The notes: generated from the letters alone by a model not told the origin. A stretch of DNA of 33,747 bases from a virus (IMGVR_UViG_3300017978_000526:1-33747); one strand, 5' to 3'; positions 1 to 9,808 are shown, counted from the stretch's first letter. Translations and numbers: made by a program.

Positions 1-71
1 TGATCAATGCCGGCAACATTTCCGCTGGCGGCACTACTACCGGCTCCGCGGTTTCCGCTCCGGCCGTGTAA
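1..71 (+). CDS. 3' end of a convergent gene (partial; host or phage unknown)
   Basis: Open frame ...INAGNISAGGTTTGSAVSAPAV ending TAA at 69-71, convergent with the tail module. Confidence 0.35.
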   Translation, partial: INAGNISAGGTTTGSAVSAPAV

Positions 72-118
72 CGCGCGGAAACTGTGAGAAGGCCCGTGCG
101 GGGAAAGTGTGTTTGGGG

Positions 119-826
119 TCAAGCGGGGAAATCCTCGCCTCGTTTTAGGGTGTGCCAGACTAGGGCGGCGGTTTTTGTTTGGCCGGTGGGGGATGGGGTG
201 TCGGCAATGAGATTGCGGGGACCTGCTGGGTCGGCTATCCAGTCTGCGTCGTTTGCGGATAGGTCGGTAGGGACTCGCTTGATGCAGCGGGTGACGCCTC
301 CAAAGGTCCCTCCGGCTGAGCCTGAATAAACGATGTCGATGATGGCTCCGTCGATCTCAGCGCGGATTTTAGCCCTGCTGGAAAACGGCGGTGCCCAGCG
401 AATCAATACCTGGTATTGCGTGGTCTCGCCCACCACTCTAACGCCTCCGAGGATCACCTCCGTGAAGAATGTCAGCTCGGCTGTGACGCTCTCTCCGGCT
501 AGCGCGGGGGAGTAGGTTTCCCATGGGCTGCCGTTTGCATCTGCGATTGCCGCTGCTTGGACTGCGAGGATGGCCTCATCCACGCGGGCTTGGAAATCAT
601 CATCCAGTTCCCCTTCGAGCCGAAATACCTGGGTTTCCGCCGTCCCTTCGCGGGTGGCAAGGGTAGCCATTTGCACGGGATCTGCGCAGAGCGGCCAAAA
701 CTCGCCGTAACCTAGAGGGATGGAGGCCGGGTCCACCTCGCCCCGCCCGGTGTCGGGATTGACGTTTCGCACTCCGTATTGGCTGTTTGAGGTGCCCGAG
801 CCGAACCATTGGAAAATCGGTCCCAT
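119..826 (-). CDS. Hypothetical protein, probable distal tail component
   Basis: 235 aa ORF, last gene of the tightly packed - strand tail operon. Confidence 0.55.
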   Translation of the reverse strand: MGPIFQWFGSGTSNSQYGVRNVNPDTGRGEVDPASIPLGYGEFWPLCADPVQMATLATREGTAETQVFRLEGELDDDFQARVDEAILAVQAAAIADANGSPWETYSPALAGESVTAELTFFTEVILGGVRVVGETTQYQVLIRWAPPFSSRAKIRAEIDGAIIDIVYSGSAGGTFGGVTRCIKRVPTDLSANDADWIADPAGPRNLIADTPSPTGQTKTAALVWHTLKRGEDFPA

Positions 827-829
827 AAA

Positions 830-1420
830 TCACATGGACGGGGAAAGAGGCCCGATTTTTTGCCGCCAGAAATCCGGGTATGAATACCCTTCGAAGGCGA
901 GATCATGCAGGAGGTTCGAGCGCACTCTTTGGAAGATACTGGTGATCTCGCCTGCCTCAATCTCCACGTCGGCGATCACGATATACGCCACTGTCCCTGA
1001 AGGCGATGGAGCGGACGCGGCAAATTCGATGGCCATGCCAGAGACTTCCGGGGTTTCCGCTTCGGTGAGGCTGATGGTGGACTTGAGGAGGATCACTCCG
1101 GTGGTGGGCGTCGGGTAGTCGTCATCAATGCCTGTTGGCGGCCCGTCCCAACCGTATGGGGATTGGATGGTGCCGTAATTTAAGGACACTTTCGGCCCCT
1201 CGTCATCGCTCACGTTTTTGACCTGAAACGGCCACTCGGGAGGGGTCTCGATCACCGATAAGATCCGCCCTTCGTTGGTGGCGAATTCTTTGAGTTGGGT
1301 TCCGGCAATGATGCGGTCGGCACGGAGCATTTTCTGCCAGGCTTGCAGCGTCTCGCCTTTGAGCCAATAGCGTTTGCCGGCCTCGAAATCTCCCGGGAGT
1401 TTGAAGTTTGGATTTGCCAT
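830..1420 (-). CDS. Hypothetical protein, probable tail component
   Basis: Start revised to ATG 1420 (MANPNFKLPG), 1 nt after the upstream stop; lies downstream of the tape measure gene. Confidence 0.55.
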   Translation of the reverse strand: MANPNFKLPGDFEAGKRYWLKGETLQAWQKMLRADRIIAGTQLKEFATNEGRILSVIETPPEWPFQVKNVSDDEGPKVSLNYGTIQSPYGWDGPPTGIDDDYPTPTTGVILLKSTISLTEAETPEVSGMAIEFAASAPSPSGTVAYIVIADVEIEAGEITSIFQRVRSNLLHDLAFEGYSYPDFWRQKIGPLSPSM

Positions 1421-1421
1421 A

Positions 1422-2084
1422 TTAGCCGGGGGTGAAGGTCCGGATGTATCGGAATGAATCCGTGACGGCTGCCGCATTTGCGCCAGGAAGGCGCTCTTGC
1501 GCGGACTCCATGAGAACCCATCCATTGGGCCAGTGGTAAACGTACTCGTTGAGGTAGCTCCAGATCGTCGGCGGCACCGACAATTCGACTGGCGGATCTT
1601 GAGCCGTGCCGACCTTTTCGGTTTGTTTTTCCTCTCCCACGTTTTCGACCAGGTAGGAAACGCGCATGGTCGGCAGGTTCTCGTGGGTCTGGCCTTTTGC
1701 GAAAATCTGGCCCACCAGATCCCCGACGTATCGCGGGAATCTCATGTTTTGGACCGATTGCGATTCCGCCGATGCTCCCACGGTGATGACGGGGAATTTG
1801 GTTCCGGCCCAGCCTTTGAAGGTCACTTGGATTTCCCAAAATCCGGGCGCTATTTGCTTGGGGTGCGGGTGGAGGATCCACCATGTCCGGAATCCGAGCT
1901 GGGCTCCGATGGGGAAATTTTGCTGGAGCACTGCGTCGTCGATTTCCGAGGCCCGCGCGTAGTAGTAGCGCACCAATGTCTCGAATCCGCTTGGGGCCGG
2001 GGTGTATTCCTCGTGCGAGTATCTCGGGGTCTGATCGAAATCCTCGGCCTGGATGATGATGGTGTTGTAGCGATCAGTGATCAT
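1422..2084 (-). CDS. Hypothetical tail protein immediately after the tape measure gene
   Basis: 220 aa; ATGA overlap with the tape measure stop. Confidence 0.6.
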   Translation of the reverse strand: MITDRYNTIIIQAEDFDQTPRYSHEEYTPAPSGFETLVRYYYARASEIDDAVLQQNFPIGAQLGFRTWWILHPHPKQIAPGFWEIQVTFKGWAGTKFPVITVGASAESQSVQNMRFPRYVGDLVGQIFAKGQTHENLPTMRVSYLVENVGEEKQTEKVGTAQDPPVELSVPPTIWSYLNEYVYHWPNGWVLMESAQERLPGANAAAVTDSFRYIRTFTPG

Positions 2085-3979
2085 GCGGTGGCGAGGGAAT
2101 TGATGGTGCCAGCCAGTTGTTTGACCACGGCAAGGATGGCATCCGGGGTTTTGGATTCGGCTGCGCGGCGGTTGTCGCGGGCGGCCTGCGCCGGGTCTGC
2201 CGCAGGACCACGGCGGGCCAGCGCCGCGGCGGCGCGCTCGGCATTGATGAGGCGGCCGGGGCCGGGGTTTTCATCGCGGCTTGAGCGGATGCGGGCTGCT
2301 CGCTCTTGGGCGATGCGCTCGCGGAGTGGGGTGCGGGCGGCATCGCCATTGGCGCGGGCTTGGAGGGCTACTCGCTTCTCGGCTTCGATGCGGGCCTCTG
2401 CTTCGGTGAGCCCTTGCTCGCGCATGATCTGGAGCTTCTTTTGCTCGATGGCGGCCTCGCGCTCGAGCTGGGCCACGCGGGCGGTGTCGCCAGCGGCGCG
2501 GGCTTCGAGGATGGCACCCTCTTGGGCGAATGCTGCGCGGGCTTGATTGCGGGTGGCTTGCTCCTTGGCAGCGGATTCGGCCTTTTGCGCAGCGGCTTCG
2601 GCATCGCGTTGGGCGGCATCGGCATTGGACTTGCGCAGCTCCGCCAGTTGCTTTTCGAGGGCCACGATCTGGGCAGTGCGATCCGCGATTTGCGCCGCCA
2701 CCTCGAGACTTTTGGCACCGTTGACGGCATCCGCTCCGGAGGGGCCTTGGCCACGGAGATTGGCGATCTGGCGCTCCAGGTTGGCCTCGGGCGTGAGGCG
2801 GTTCCCATAGATTTCCTCTTGGGCTTTGCGGATGCGCTCGGCGGCGGCTTTGTCTGCGGCTTCCTTTTCGGCGATGCGGGCCTTCTCCCCTTCCAGGCGC
2901 TCTTGGGCTTTCTGGTCCCAGAAATCTGCGCTGCGGTTGTCGGCTGCAATTTGTGAAGCCTCAGTTTCCCGGATGGCTTTCTCCTTTGCTTCCTTCTCGG
3001 CTTTGATGCGGGCGGATTCGGCGGATTCTGTAGTTGGTCCTTCCAACCCAGGTGTTTTAACTCCCAGTAGTTTTTGCAGCTTCCTTAGTTCATCCGTGGC
3101 ATATTGGAATGCTCCCGAAACCTCATCCTGCCAGCTCCCGGCGATGCGCACTGCAAACTCGGATGCGGTGTTTGTGAGTTCCTTCCAGGCGTCCGAATAG
3201 TTGTCCAGTTGGTTGCGGGCGCCGCTGGTCACTTGGGGGAGCTTGGCCAGCTCCGCCACGACGCCCTCAATGAATTGGGTGGCCGTGAGCGTGCTCTTAC
3301 CAAGGGCTTCCGTATCGGCGGTGCCGAATGCTGCGGCCATCGCGGCGCGCACCTGGGGGACTCGCTCATTGATCTGGTTGATTTCCTCCGCAGAGACTTT
3401 GCCCTTGGCTTGGATCTGGGTGAGGGCGAGGAGCACGCCGTCAAGATCCGCCTTGCCTCCGCCCACGGTGGCGATGGCATTTCCGAATGCGCGCATGCTC
3501 CGCTCGCTGAGATCGGCGGAGAGCCCCACGGCACGGAGGCGGATATCACCGCGCACCGCTTCCTCGAATCCGAGGCCCGGCACCTTGGCCACTTCGCGCA
3601 ATTCCTTGAGACGCTTTGAGGTTGCCGCCGCAGAGCCTTCTACTGTCTTGAGCCCACGAACAATGCCATCAAATTCGGCATAGCCTTCCAACACGCCTTT
3701 TGCCAATTTAACTGATGCAACCAGCCCAGCGATAATTAGCCCCAGACCTGCCATTCCAACGCTCAGTCCTGACATTCCGGCTGTCGCCGCACTCGCTGCG
3801 TTGCTCAATCCTGCCATTCCACGGCCTGCGCCGCCCAGCATATTGGTTAAATTTCCCAACCGTCCGCCTGTCGATCCGGCTGCTGCATTGAAGCCTCCCA
3901 GCGAAGATTGCGAACTTTGCAGTGGCCGGTCAAACTCGCTTGTCCGGAGTCTGAGAGCGTATTCGAGAACGGAGGCCAT
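2081..3979 (-). CDS. Tail tape measure protein
   Basis: 632 aa, Ala/Gly-rich and helical, tape-measure motif LALTQIQAKGKVSAEEINQINERVP, follows the chaperone pair. Confidence 0.9.
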   Translation of the reverse strand: MASVLEYALRLRTSEFDRPLQSSQSSLGGFNAAAGSTGGRLGNLTNMLGGAGRGMAGLSNAASAATAGMSGLSVGMAGLGLIIAGLVASVKLAKGVLEGYAEFDGIVRGLKTVEGSAAATSKRLKELREVAKVPGLGFEEAVRGDIRLRAVGLSADLSERSMRAFGNAIATVGGGKADLDGVLLALTQIQAKGKVSAEEINQINERVPQVRAAMAAAFGTADTEALGKSTLTATQFIEGVVAELAKLPQVTSGARNQLDNYSDAWKELTNTASEFAVRIAGSWQDEVSGAFQYATDELRKLQKLLGVKTPGLEGPTTESAESARIKAEKEAKEKAIRETEASQIAADNRSADFWDQKAQERLEGEKARIAEKEAADKAAAERIRKAQEEIYGNRLTPEANLERQIANLRGQGPSGADAVNGAKSLEVAAQIADRTAQIVALEKQLAELRKSNADAAQRDAEAAAQKAESAAKEQATRNQARAAFAQEGAILEARAAGDTARVAQLEREAAIEQKKLQIMREQGLTEAEARIEAEKRVALQARANGDAARTPLRERIAQERAARIRSSRDENPGPGRLINAERAAAALARRGPAADPAQAARDNRRAAESKTPDAILAVVKQLAGTINSLATA

Positions 3980-3980
3980 G

Positions 3981-4313
3981 TCAGAGTTTCAGTGGGGTTT
4001 CCGCTCCGAGTTGCCAGCCTACAACGGCGGCGGGGGCGGGGACGATTTCGAAGTGTGTTTCAAGGAAGCGGCGGCACTTGTTACGGGCAGAGATGGAGGC
4101 TCGCACGGTGTAGCTCGGGCCTCCGTTGCAGCCGATGCGTTGGTTGCGGATCGGGAGTATGACGGTGGCCAGGGCGAGCGAGGTTTTCCAGAAGGCATCA
4201 TGGAATGATATCTTATACTCGGCAGCCAGCCACTCCACGGTTGCTAGATCGTAGCCTCCGCAGGGATCGGCGTCTCGTTCGAGGCTCCAGGCGCTTCCGG
4301 GTCGGGCTTTTTT
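3981..4313 (-). CDS. Frameshift extension of the tail assembly chaperone (gpGT-like)
   Basis: The -1 frame is open from the slippery site into ORF 3981-4238 (KARPGSAWSLERDADPCGGYDLATVEWLAAEYK...). Confidence 0.75.
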   Translation of the reverse strand, partial: KKARPGSAWSLERDADPCGGYDLATVEWLAAEYKISFHDAFWKTSLALATVILPIRNQRIGCNGGPSYTVRASISARNKCRRFLETHFEIVPAPAAVVGWQLGAETPLKL

Positions 4314-4813
4314 TTTGGCTGTGGCTCGGGCTCGCTGCGGTTGAGATCGGAGATCCGGCGCATCTCCCTTTCAAAATGCCGCTCCAGTTGCTCTTGAATC
4401 TCCAGCGGAGTGTCGAACATGATGGCCTCGGCTTCCAGCACCAGCTCTTCCAGCTTGCCGAGTTCGAGGCGGATCATCGTTTGCAATGGGTCGCCGAATA
4501 CCAGAGTGCTGAGGCCCAGCTCAATGATTTCCCGGTAGCCGTTGGGCTCGTGGTCGGCTGCTTTGGGAATGCCCAGGGCATTGGCCCAGGTCACGAATTC
4601 CAGAGCGATGCGCCGGAGCGTGTGGCGTGTGCCGGCACTGGCGGGCCGCAAGGTGAAGCGGCCCACTTGCACGGGGCCCATGCAGCCAGTGGCTACGGCT
4701 TCCATGGCGAGGGGATCGGCCCCGGATTTCCGGGCTTCTGCCTTGGCTCGCATTCCGGCGAGGTGCTCGTGCCAGGAAGCTTCCTGCGCACTCATCTGTG
4801 GTTTTTCAATCAT
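4244..4813 (-). CDS. Tail assembly chaperone (lambda gpG-like)
   Basis: Position between the putative tube and tape measure genes, plus the slippery site. Confidence 0.7.
   Translation of the reverse strand: MIEKPQMSAQEASWHEHLAGMRAKAEARKSGADPLAMEAVATGCMGPVQVGRFTLRPASAGTRHTLRRIALEFVTWANALGIPKAADHEPNGYREIIELGLSTLVFGDPLQTMIRLELGKLEELVLEAEAIMFDTPLEIQEQLERHFEREMRRISDLNRSEPEPQPKKKPDPEAPGASNETPIPAEATI
4307..4316 (-). promoter_or_regulatory. Programmed -1 frameshift slippery site (A9G, containing A AAA AAG)
   Basis: CCA AAA AAA AAG near the 3' end of the chaperone gene, just upstream of the tape measure gene. Confidence 0.8.
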
Positions 4814-4843
4814 CGCGTTTTTGGGGGTTGGGGATGCTATCGG

Positions 4844-5281
4844 TTAGGCATCAGAAATTTCCGTGAAGGTCGTGCCATCGTAGGTGAATGCGTTACCAGC
4901 TCCATCGTTGTTGATCATGTGATCCCACGAGGTGACTTTGATTGCCAGAGTGCGATGTTGGCCCTCGGCCCACTTGATCGAGATGGGAGGCATCACGCGG
5001 CCGGAGATGCCAGCCAGCGGGAACTCGATGAGTTCGGCAAAACCGGGGGCTTCGATCGAATCGCGGAACATCACCTCGAACTCAAATTGAAACTTCGGGT
5101 TTTGGAGGATGGCGGCTTTGAGTGAGCCAGCGGCAATGATTTCTTGCACATCCGCCTCACGGATGATGCTGGCGCTGATCACCTCTCCGTAGGTGTCGCC
5201 GAGCATGGCGGTGCCGAACACAAGATCTTCCGGATTGTCCGCAATGAAGATCTGTCCATCATATCGAGTTGTAAAAGCCAT
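4844..5281 (-). CDS. Putative major tail (tube) protein
   Basis: 145 aa, beta-rich pattern, directly upstream of the chaperone; positional call. Confidence 0.5.
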   Translation of the reverse strand: MAFTTRYDGQIFIADNPEDLVFGTAMLGDTYGEVISASIIREADVQEIIAAGSLKAAILQNPKFQFEFEVMFRDSIEAPGFAELIEFPLAGISGRVMPPISIKWAEGQHRTLAIKVTSWDHMINNDGAGNAFTYDGTTFTEISDA

Positions 5282-5293
5282 GGGGTAGTTTGG

Positions 5294-5788
5294 TTATAGG
5301 TGTGGGAAAACGAGTGGAATGGTGCGAGTGAATGGCGGCAGCGCCGCGGTTAGTTTCCAGTTGAGGACATGGGCCGCGAAGTTGGGCGTAGTTTCCAGCC
5401 ATTGGCTGCCAGCCGGGGCGAATCCGGCGGAGTCGGCACCGGTGCCGTTGGGGAAGCGGAGCGCCACCATGAAAGCGGTGGCGATGTTGATATAATCAGA
5501 AAACGGGCGGGTGCCGGTGGGGCTGGCTTGGAGCGGGTTCGGAGATTTTGCCAATCCCCTTGGCGCTTGGATCACCGTGGCCACCTGATGGTAAACCATT
5601 CCTTGGCGGGCATTCGGATGTTCGCCGAGACCTTCCCAATGCAGGACCAGTCTCCAGCTCCGGGGCGAGGCTGCCATGAATGCTTGCACCTCTTCCATGC
5701 TCTCTGCCATTTCCACTTGCCCACCCTGAGCGCCTACCTCCGCACGGGCGGCGGCGGTGACGGCGGTCATGAGTTGGGCGTAGGTCAT
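5294..5788 (-). CDS. Putative tail completion/terminator protein
   Basis: 164 aa upstream of the tube gene; positional call only. Confidence 0.4.
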   Translation of the reverse strand: MTYAQLMTAVTAAARAEVGAQGGQVEMAESMEEVQAFMAASPRSWRLVLHWEGLGEHPNARQGMVYHQVATVIQAPRGLAKSPNPLQASPTGTRPFSDYINIATAFMVALRFPNGTGADSAGFAPAGSQWLETTPNFAAHVLNWKLTAALPPFTRTIPLVFPHL

Positions 5789-5815
5789 GGCAAGGAGCGG
5801 CGGAGAGTTAGCAGA

Positions 5816-6298
5816 TCAGGAATCGGCAGGCTTATCGGCCTTGGCCTTCTTGGGCACCGGATGCGCGAGGGCATCGATCTCATTGATAAGAGCGCCCAGG
5901 AAGGTGCGCACCTCGGCGGGATCGAATTGCTCGGCGGCTTTGAGTTCGGCGGCATCATCTTCCAGATCGGCGAGATCCGTTCCCACGCTTTCCACCTCGC
6001 GGCGGATGGTGAGGATGAGACTGCCGACGCGTTGCCGCACGGCTGCCACCTTGGCGCGGCGGGCTTGCAGCGTATCCGGCACGGGATCGAATGTCGGGTT
6101 CCCGATCACCGGGGCAGGCTCCGCAGCGGGTGCGGGCGGGGTGTGCGCGGCCTTGAAGGCTTCGCGAGCTGCTACCAGCGGATCCGCAGGTTTGGGTGCG
6201 CGGACGATGGTAGGGCCTTGAGGTGGCTTGGTGGCCGGGCCGCCGAGGGCTTCGGCTACTTCCGATTTGGACGGGGTGGAGATGGGGCGTGTTTTCAT
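5816..6298 (-). CDS. Hypothetical protein (Pro/Ala-rich N-terminus, coiled coil)
   Basis: 160 aa ORF in the structural operon. Confidence 0.55.
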   Translation of the reverse strand: MKTRPISTPSKSEVAEALGGPATKPPQGPTIVRAPKPADPLVAAREAFKAAHTPPAPAAEPAPVIGNPTFDPVPDTLQARRAKVAAVRQRVGSLILTIRREVESVGTDLADLEDDAAELKAAEQFDPAEVRTFLGALINEIDALAHPVPKKAKADKPADS

Positions 6299-6330
6299 GA
6301 GTGGGAGAAAAGTGAGAGAGTTATCAAAAA

Positions 6331-7176
6331 TCAGAGCGTGCCCTCTCCGAGCACGATGATGTCGAGGACGGGTTTCCCATTGGAGACGAAGCGGAGGTCT
6401 GCCTCCACATTGGCACCCTCATCGATCATGATGTGCGTGCGGCCCGGCGTGAGCGATGGCCAGGCAACGGCATCGGAACCATCATCAAAGATATCAATGG
6501 AGTCACCATCCACTCCTCGCACGGTCATGATGAGCACGTGATTGGCCGTTTGCGTGGGTAGAGTTTCGCTGAAGGCATTTGCACCATTTCCTCCTTGGCG
6601 CTGCATAATCGGACCGCTAATCCCGGATTCTGTATTGGAGCTACTGGTGACTGCCGAGACCCCTAAGCCTGCGGTGATTGCCAGATTGAGTGTGGTATCG
6701 TTGGCGTATGCCAGTTTGGATGCCAGTATCACGTCTGCGCCGGATGACGTCACATCGAAGTGTGCGGCCACCGCTGCGGTGTCGGTGAGTTTTGCCGCCA
6801 CGGCTGCGGCGATCAAAGCGGCAGTTGTATGCACGCCCGTAGTCAGTGGCACGGAGATGGCGAGCGGAGATCCGGCCACTCGCGCCGAGGTAAGGGTGAG
6901 CGCGAGGTTGCCGGTGGATGTTGCCCCACTCGCTGCAGTGATCGTGGCGGTTTCGCGCTGCTGCGTTCCCGTATCGAAAGTTAATACTCCAGTTTCCAGA
7001 TTCAAAACGAGGGTTTGATCATCGCCGCTGAATTTCATCTGGGCTGCCCAGAGGACGTTCGCATCCGGAAATGCCAGGTTTTTGGTAAATGCGACGGATG
7101 CCGAGGAGGTGGCAAGCGGATCGACCACTTGCGGAGTGTCCTTGGCGGAAAAGGCGAGCTTGATGGAAGAGGTCAT
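6331..7176 (-). CDS. Putative virion structural protein
   Basis: 281 aa, Thr/Ala/Ser-rich beta-type sequence between head-tail genes. Confidence 0.55.
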   Translation of the reverse strand: MTSSIKLAFSAKDTPQVVDPLATSSASVAFTKNLAFPDANVLWAAQMKFSGDDQTLVLNLETGVLTFDTGTQQRETATITAASGATSTGNLALTLTSARVAGSPLAISVPLTTGVHTTAALIAAAVAAKLTDTAAVAAHFDVTSSGADVILASKLAYANDTTLNLAITAGLGVSAVTSSSNTESGISGPIMQRQGGNGANAFSETLPTQTANHVLIMTVRGVDGDSIDIFDDGSDAVAWPSLTPGRTHIMIDEGANVEADLRFVSNGKPVLDIIVLGEGTL

Positions 7177-7182
7177 GATTTT

Positions 7183-7623
7183 TTAGGCGGAAAGGTTCCC
7201 GGCTGAGTTATGGGTGCGGGAGGGTTCCGTGAAGGTCATCACGGAGCGTTTCGGTTTTTGGGCGGTGGGTGTCAGCGGGCTTTCGCCATCACCGATGCGA
7301 TCCAGATCCTTGCGGGCGGCGCGGGCGGAAACGAGGAAGGGGTTGGTTTCTTCCGTGCCGAGGCCCCGGCGGAGATAGAGAGTTTCCAGCACGAATAGGA
7401 GGCTGGCTTGCGCGGCCACCGCTGGCATGTCCTCGGGATCGAGCGGGGTGGTGTAGCGTTTGCCCAGGCGGGCGTCCACCTGGTTGGCGGCATCCTCCGC
7501 CACGGCTTGCCAGACTGCCTCATCGGCCACGCCGTCCTGGTCATCGTCCAAGGCTTCCGTCACAAAAGTGCTCGGGAGCTTGGCAGAGACTTGGGCAAGG
7601 GTGGTGTAAACGACTCGGGACAT
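7183..7623 (-). CDS. Mu gp36-like head-tail adaptor (DUF1320-like)
   Basis: YTTLAQV...EDAANQVDARLGKRYTTPL...LYLRRG pattern; follows the capsid gene; start revised to ATG 7623. Confidence 0.8.
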   Translation of the reverse strand: MSRVVYTTLAQVSAKLPSTFVTEALDDDQDGVADEAVWQAVAEDAANQVDARLGKRYTTPLDPEDMPAVAAQASLLFVLETLYLRRGLGTEETNPFLVSARAARKDLDRIGDGESPLTPTAQKPKRSVMTFTEPSRTHNSAGNLSA

Positions 7624-7638
7624 ATCTAGCAGGATGGA

Positions 7639-7698
7639 CAAATGCGGGACAGAGGAGCGGGAAAACGCGAGAAAACCCGCCGCCCCGCCCCGCATTTG
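7639..7698 (-). other. Long RNA stem-loop downstream of the capsid gene (terminator or stabiliser)
   Basis: CAAATGCGGG (7639-7648) and CCCGCATTTG (7689-7698) form a perfect inverted repeat; the inner arm pairs through G-U on the - strand transcript. Confidence 0.55.
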
Positions 7699-7735
7699 AG
7701 AATTTACAAATCAGGGATCAGGGTGGCTCCGGAGA

Positions 7736-8659
7736 TCAACCCGCTCCGGTGGAACCGATGATCATCATCGGCAAGCCATAGCCCGCATTCCAGCGGCCAT
7801 AAGCCTGATAGATGAAGATTTTCTTCAGGAGCACGTGCTCGCTCTTTGGATCATCCGCCGCAACGAACTCGGGGCGAACCTCGAATTGCACGATGAGCGG
7901 TTTCACTGCGCGGCCACTTTCCACCAGGAACCATGCAGTGGAAGAGGAAAGCCCATGGAGCACCATCACATCGAAGGTGCCGCGCAAGGTGTTGGTTTCC
8001 GTCGAACCATTGGCCACACTGATGTTTTCAGCGGTGGCAAGTTTGGTAGCAGTTTCACGCAGTGCGGGCGGCACTACCAGAGTGACACGCTTACCCATGC
8101 GGAGGCTCTTGCCTTTGGCGTTTACCATCTGTTCGAGCATGGCCCGAGCCGTGACGAAGGATGCCGCGGAGAGCGCCGGGGTGATCTTGTTGGAGAACGT
8201 CGGGGCGTTCTTGCTTTTGTCGGCAGGATCGTAGGGCTTGGCCGTGTGGAAGAAGCTCACACCGGTATAATCCTTGCCGGTGGTGAAACCGTCATTGAGG
8301 AGATCCGCCACGAGTTCCTCCGGATGGAAGCGGGCAATGGCTCCCATTTCGGAAAACATGGGGCGATAGACTCCCAGGGAATCGCGCTCGATGGCGGCGC
8401 GTTTCACGGGCACTGTGGATTCCCATTCCTTGTTGCGGATCGATAATCCGGCAGTAGCCAAATCCTCAAGTTTCACCTCGCCGATCAGTTCCTTCATGCC
8501 TGGCAGGCCGAGGAGCATCTCGTAGGTTTCGGACTCGGAAGAGGATTCCACTTCCATGGCGATAGGAGCCCATTCCGGAGTGGCTCCTTCATAGGCGGCG
8601 AGGAAAACGGCGCGGAAGCCATCAGTGGCAGCGGCGATGCGGGCGGGTGTGAGTGTCAT
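7736..8659 (-). CDS. Mu-like major capsid protein (gpT family)
   Basis: LPGMKELIGE, IRNKEWESTVPVKRAAIERDSLG, LVVPPAL, AWFL, RWNAGYG motifs. Confidence 0.93.
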   Translation of the reverse strand: MTLTPARIAAATDGFRAVFLAAYEGATPEWAPIAMEVESSSESETYEMLLGLPGMKELIGEVKLEDLATAGLSIRNKEWESTVPVKRAAIERDSLGVYRPMFSEMGAIARFHPEELVADLLNDGFTTGKDYTGVSFFHTAKPYDPADKSKNAPTFSNKITPALSAASFVTARAMLEQMVNAKGKSLRMGKRVTLVVPPALRETATKLATAENISVANGSTETNTLRGTFDVMVLHGLSSSTAWFLVESGRAVKPLIVQFEVRPEFVAADDPKSEHVLLKKIFIYQAYGRWNAGYGLPMMIIGSTGAG

Positions 8660-8691
8660 GACTTTTTATCAGTTATGGATGAGAAGGAAGG

Positions 8692-8722
8692 GCGGCGGTC
8701 CAGTGCGGGACTGGCCCGCCGC
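8692..8722. other. Intergenic hairpin upstream of the capsid gene
   Basis: GCGGCGGTCCAGT-5 nt-ACTGGCCCGCCGC, 13 bp stem with one mismatch. Confidence 0.5.
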
Positions 8723-8731
8723 AGTGGTTGG

Positions 8732-9283
8732 TTATGCAGTGATGAATCCGGAGAGGACCAAGGCGGCATGGATGGCGCGAACGTCATCCCCGATTTTTTC
8801 CGCCTCGGCAGCCAGACCGGAAAGGTTGGCGGAAGCTGCTGCGGCGGTGCCGTTTGTGCTCGTGAGCGTCACGGTCACTGGCTTTTCGGCATAGGCGGTA
8901 TCCACGATGGCGAGGCCATTTTCATCGAATCCGATGAGCTTGCCAGCTCGGCAGGTGCCCACGCTCGCCACGGTGTCCGGGGCGGTGGCGTAAACCATGC
9001 GGCCCACGTGTGCCTTGGTAGGGGCGTTGGTGTCATCCAACTCCAATGCATAGCATCCACGCTTGGCCAGCACTTCGAGATCACCTGCGCTGCCGCCGGT
9101 GTTATCGATGCCCTCCTCGGCACGGCCCACCACGTGGCCGGTCACGGTGGAGTCTGCTTCCACCGCATTGCCTGCGGAGTTCACTGCCACGAGGGCACCG
9201 GTAGCAATCACGGCGTCTGCCGCTGCGGGATGTTTCCCGGCATAGCTGCCGGGATGTTCTGAGAATTGATAGTAATCGCTCAT
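8732..9283 (-). CDS. Putative capsid decoration/cement protein
   Basis: Small Ala/Gly-rich protein between protease and capsid (IATGALVAVN...VVGRAEEGIDNTGG). Confidence 0.6.
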   Translation of the reverse strand: MSDYYQFSEHPGSYAGKHPAAADAVIATGALVAVNSAGNAVEADSTVTGHVVGRAEEGIDNTGGSAGDLEVLAKRGCYALELDDTNAPTKAHVGRMVYATAPDTVASVGTCRAGKLIGFDENGLAIVDTAYAEKPVTVTLTSTNGTAAAASANLSGLAAEAEKIGDDVRAIHAALVLSGFITA

Positions 9284-9352
9284 GGGATCTTTCTATGTGG
9301 TTTGGTTTCGGGATATCAGGGTGGCGGGATCAGGCAGGGTGGCGGGGGGGGG

Positions 9353-9808
9353 TTATGCCTTGGGATTGGCCTTGCGGTATTGTTCCTCGGTAAGGCCCAG
9401 CTGGCGGGCCACGGCTGCCTCATCGGCGGAAAGTGCCACCACCTTGGCGGCGGGCTTTTCCTTGGCTTGGGTGCTGCCAGCCAGATTCACCTCGCCAGGA
9501 GTGAGACGGGAGATGATGGAGCTGAGCACGGCCACCGGGGTGGATTCGATTTCCTCGGCGCTCAGCGGGATCACCTTGCCCTCGCGGGTGGCACGGTCCA
9601 CCAGGGCATTGCGCTCGATGTTATCGAGGCGAGCGGATAGCGCCACTTCGGTGGTTTTTCCCTCGGGCTTGGCAACGCCAGCGGCTTCGAGTTTGTCGTC
9701 GATGGCCTTGGCGATTTCCTCATCGGAGATTTCGCCGGATTCGCCAGGGGTGAGAGCGAGTAGCTTGATGAGCTTGTCGCGGAATGGATTGGTTTCTTCG
9801 TTCTGCAT
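9353..9808 (-). CDS. Putative nested in-frame scaffolding protein (Mu gpZ-like)
   Basis: In-frame ATG 9808 (MQNEETNPF) with an A-rich leader; known Mu I/Z arrangement. Confidence 0.5.
   Translation of the reverse strand: MQNEETNPFRDKLIKLLALTPGESGEISDEEIAKAIDDKLEAAGVAKPEGKTTEVALSARLDNIERNALVDRATREGKVIPLSAEEIESTPVAVLSSIISRLTPGEVNLAGSTQAKEKPAAKVVALSADEAAVARQLGLTEEQYRKANPKA

Noticed and set aside
72-118. Possible phage end (TG dinucleotides) between convergent genes
   Set aside because: No repeated transposase-binding sites or target duplication can be shown, and the other end is outside the window.
6331-7176. Tail sheath call
   Set aside because: Too short, lacks a sheath C-terminal core, and no baseplate genes are present.
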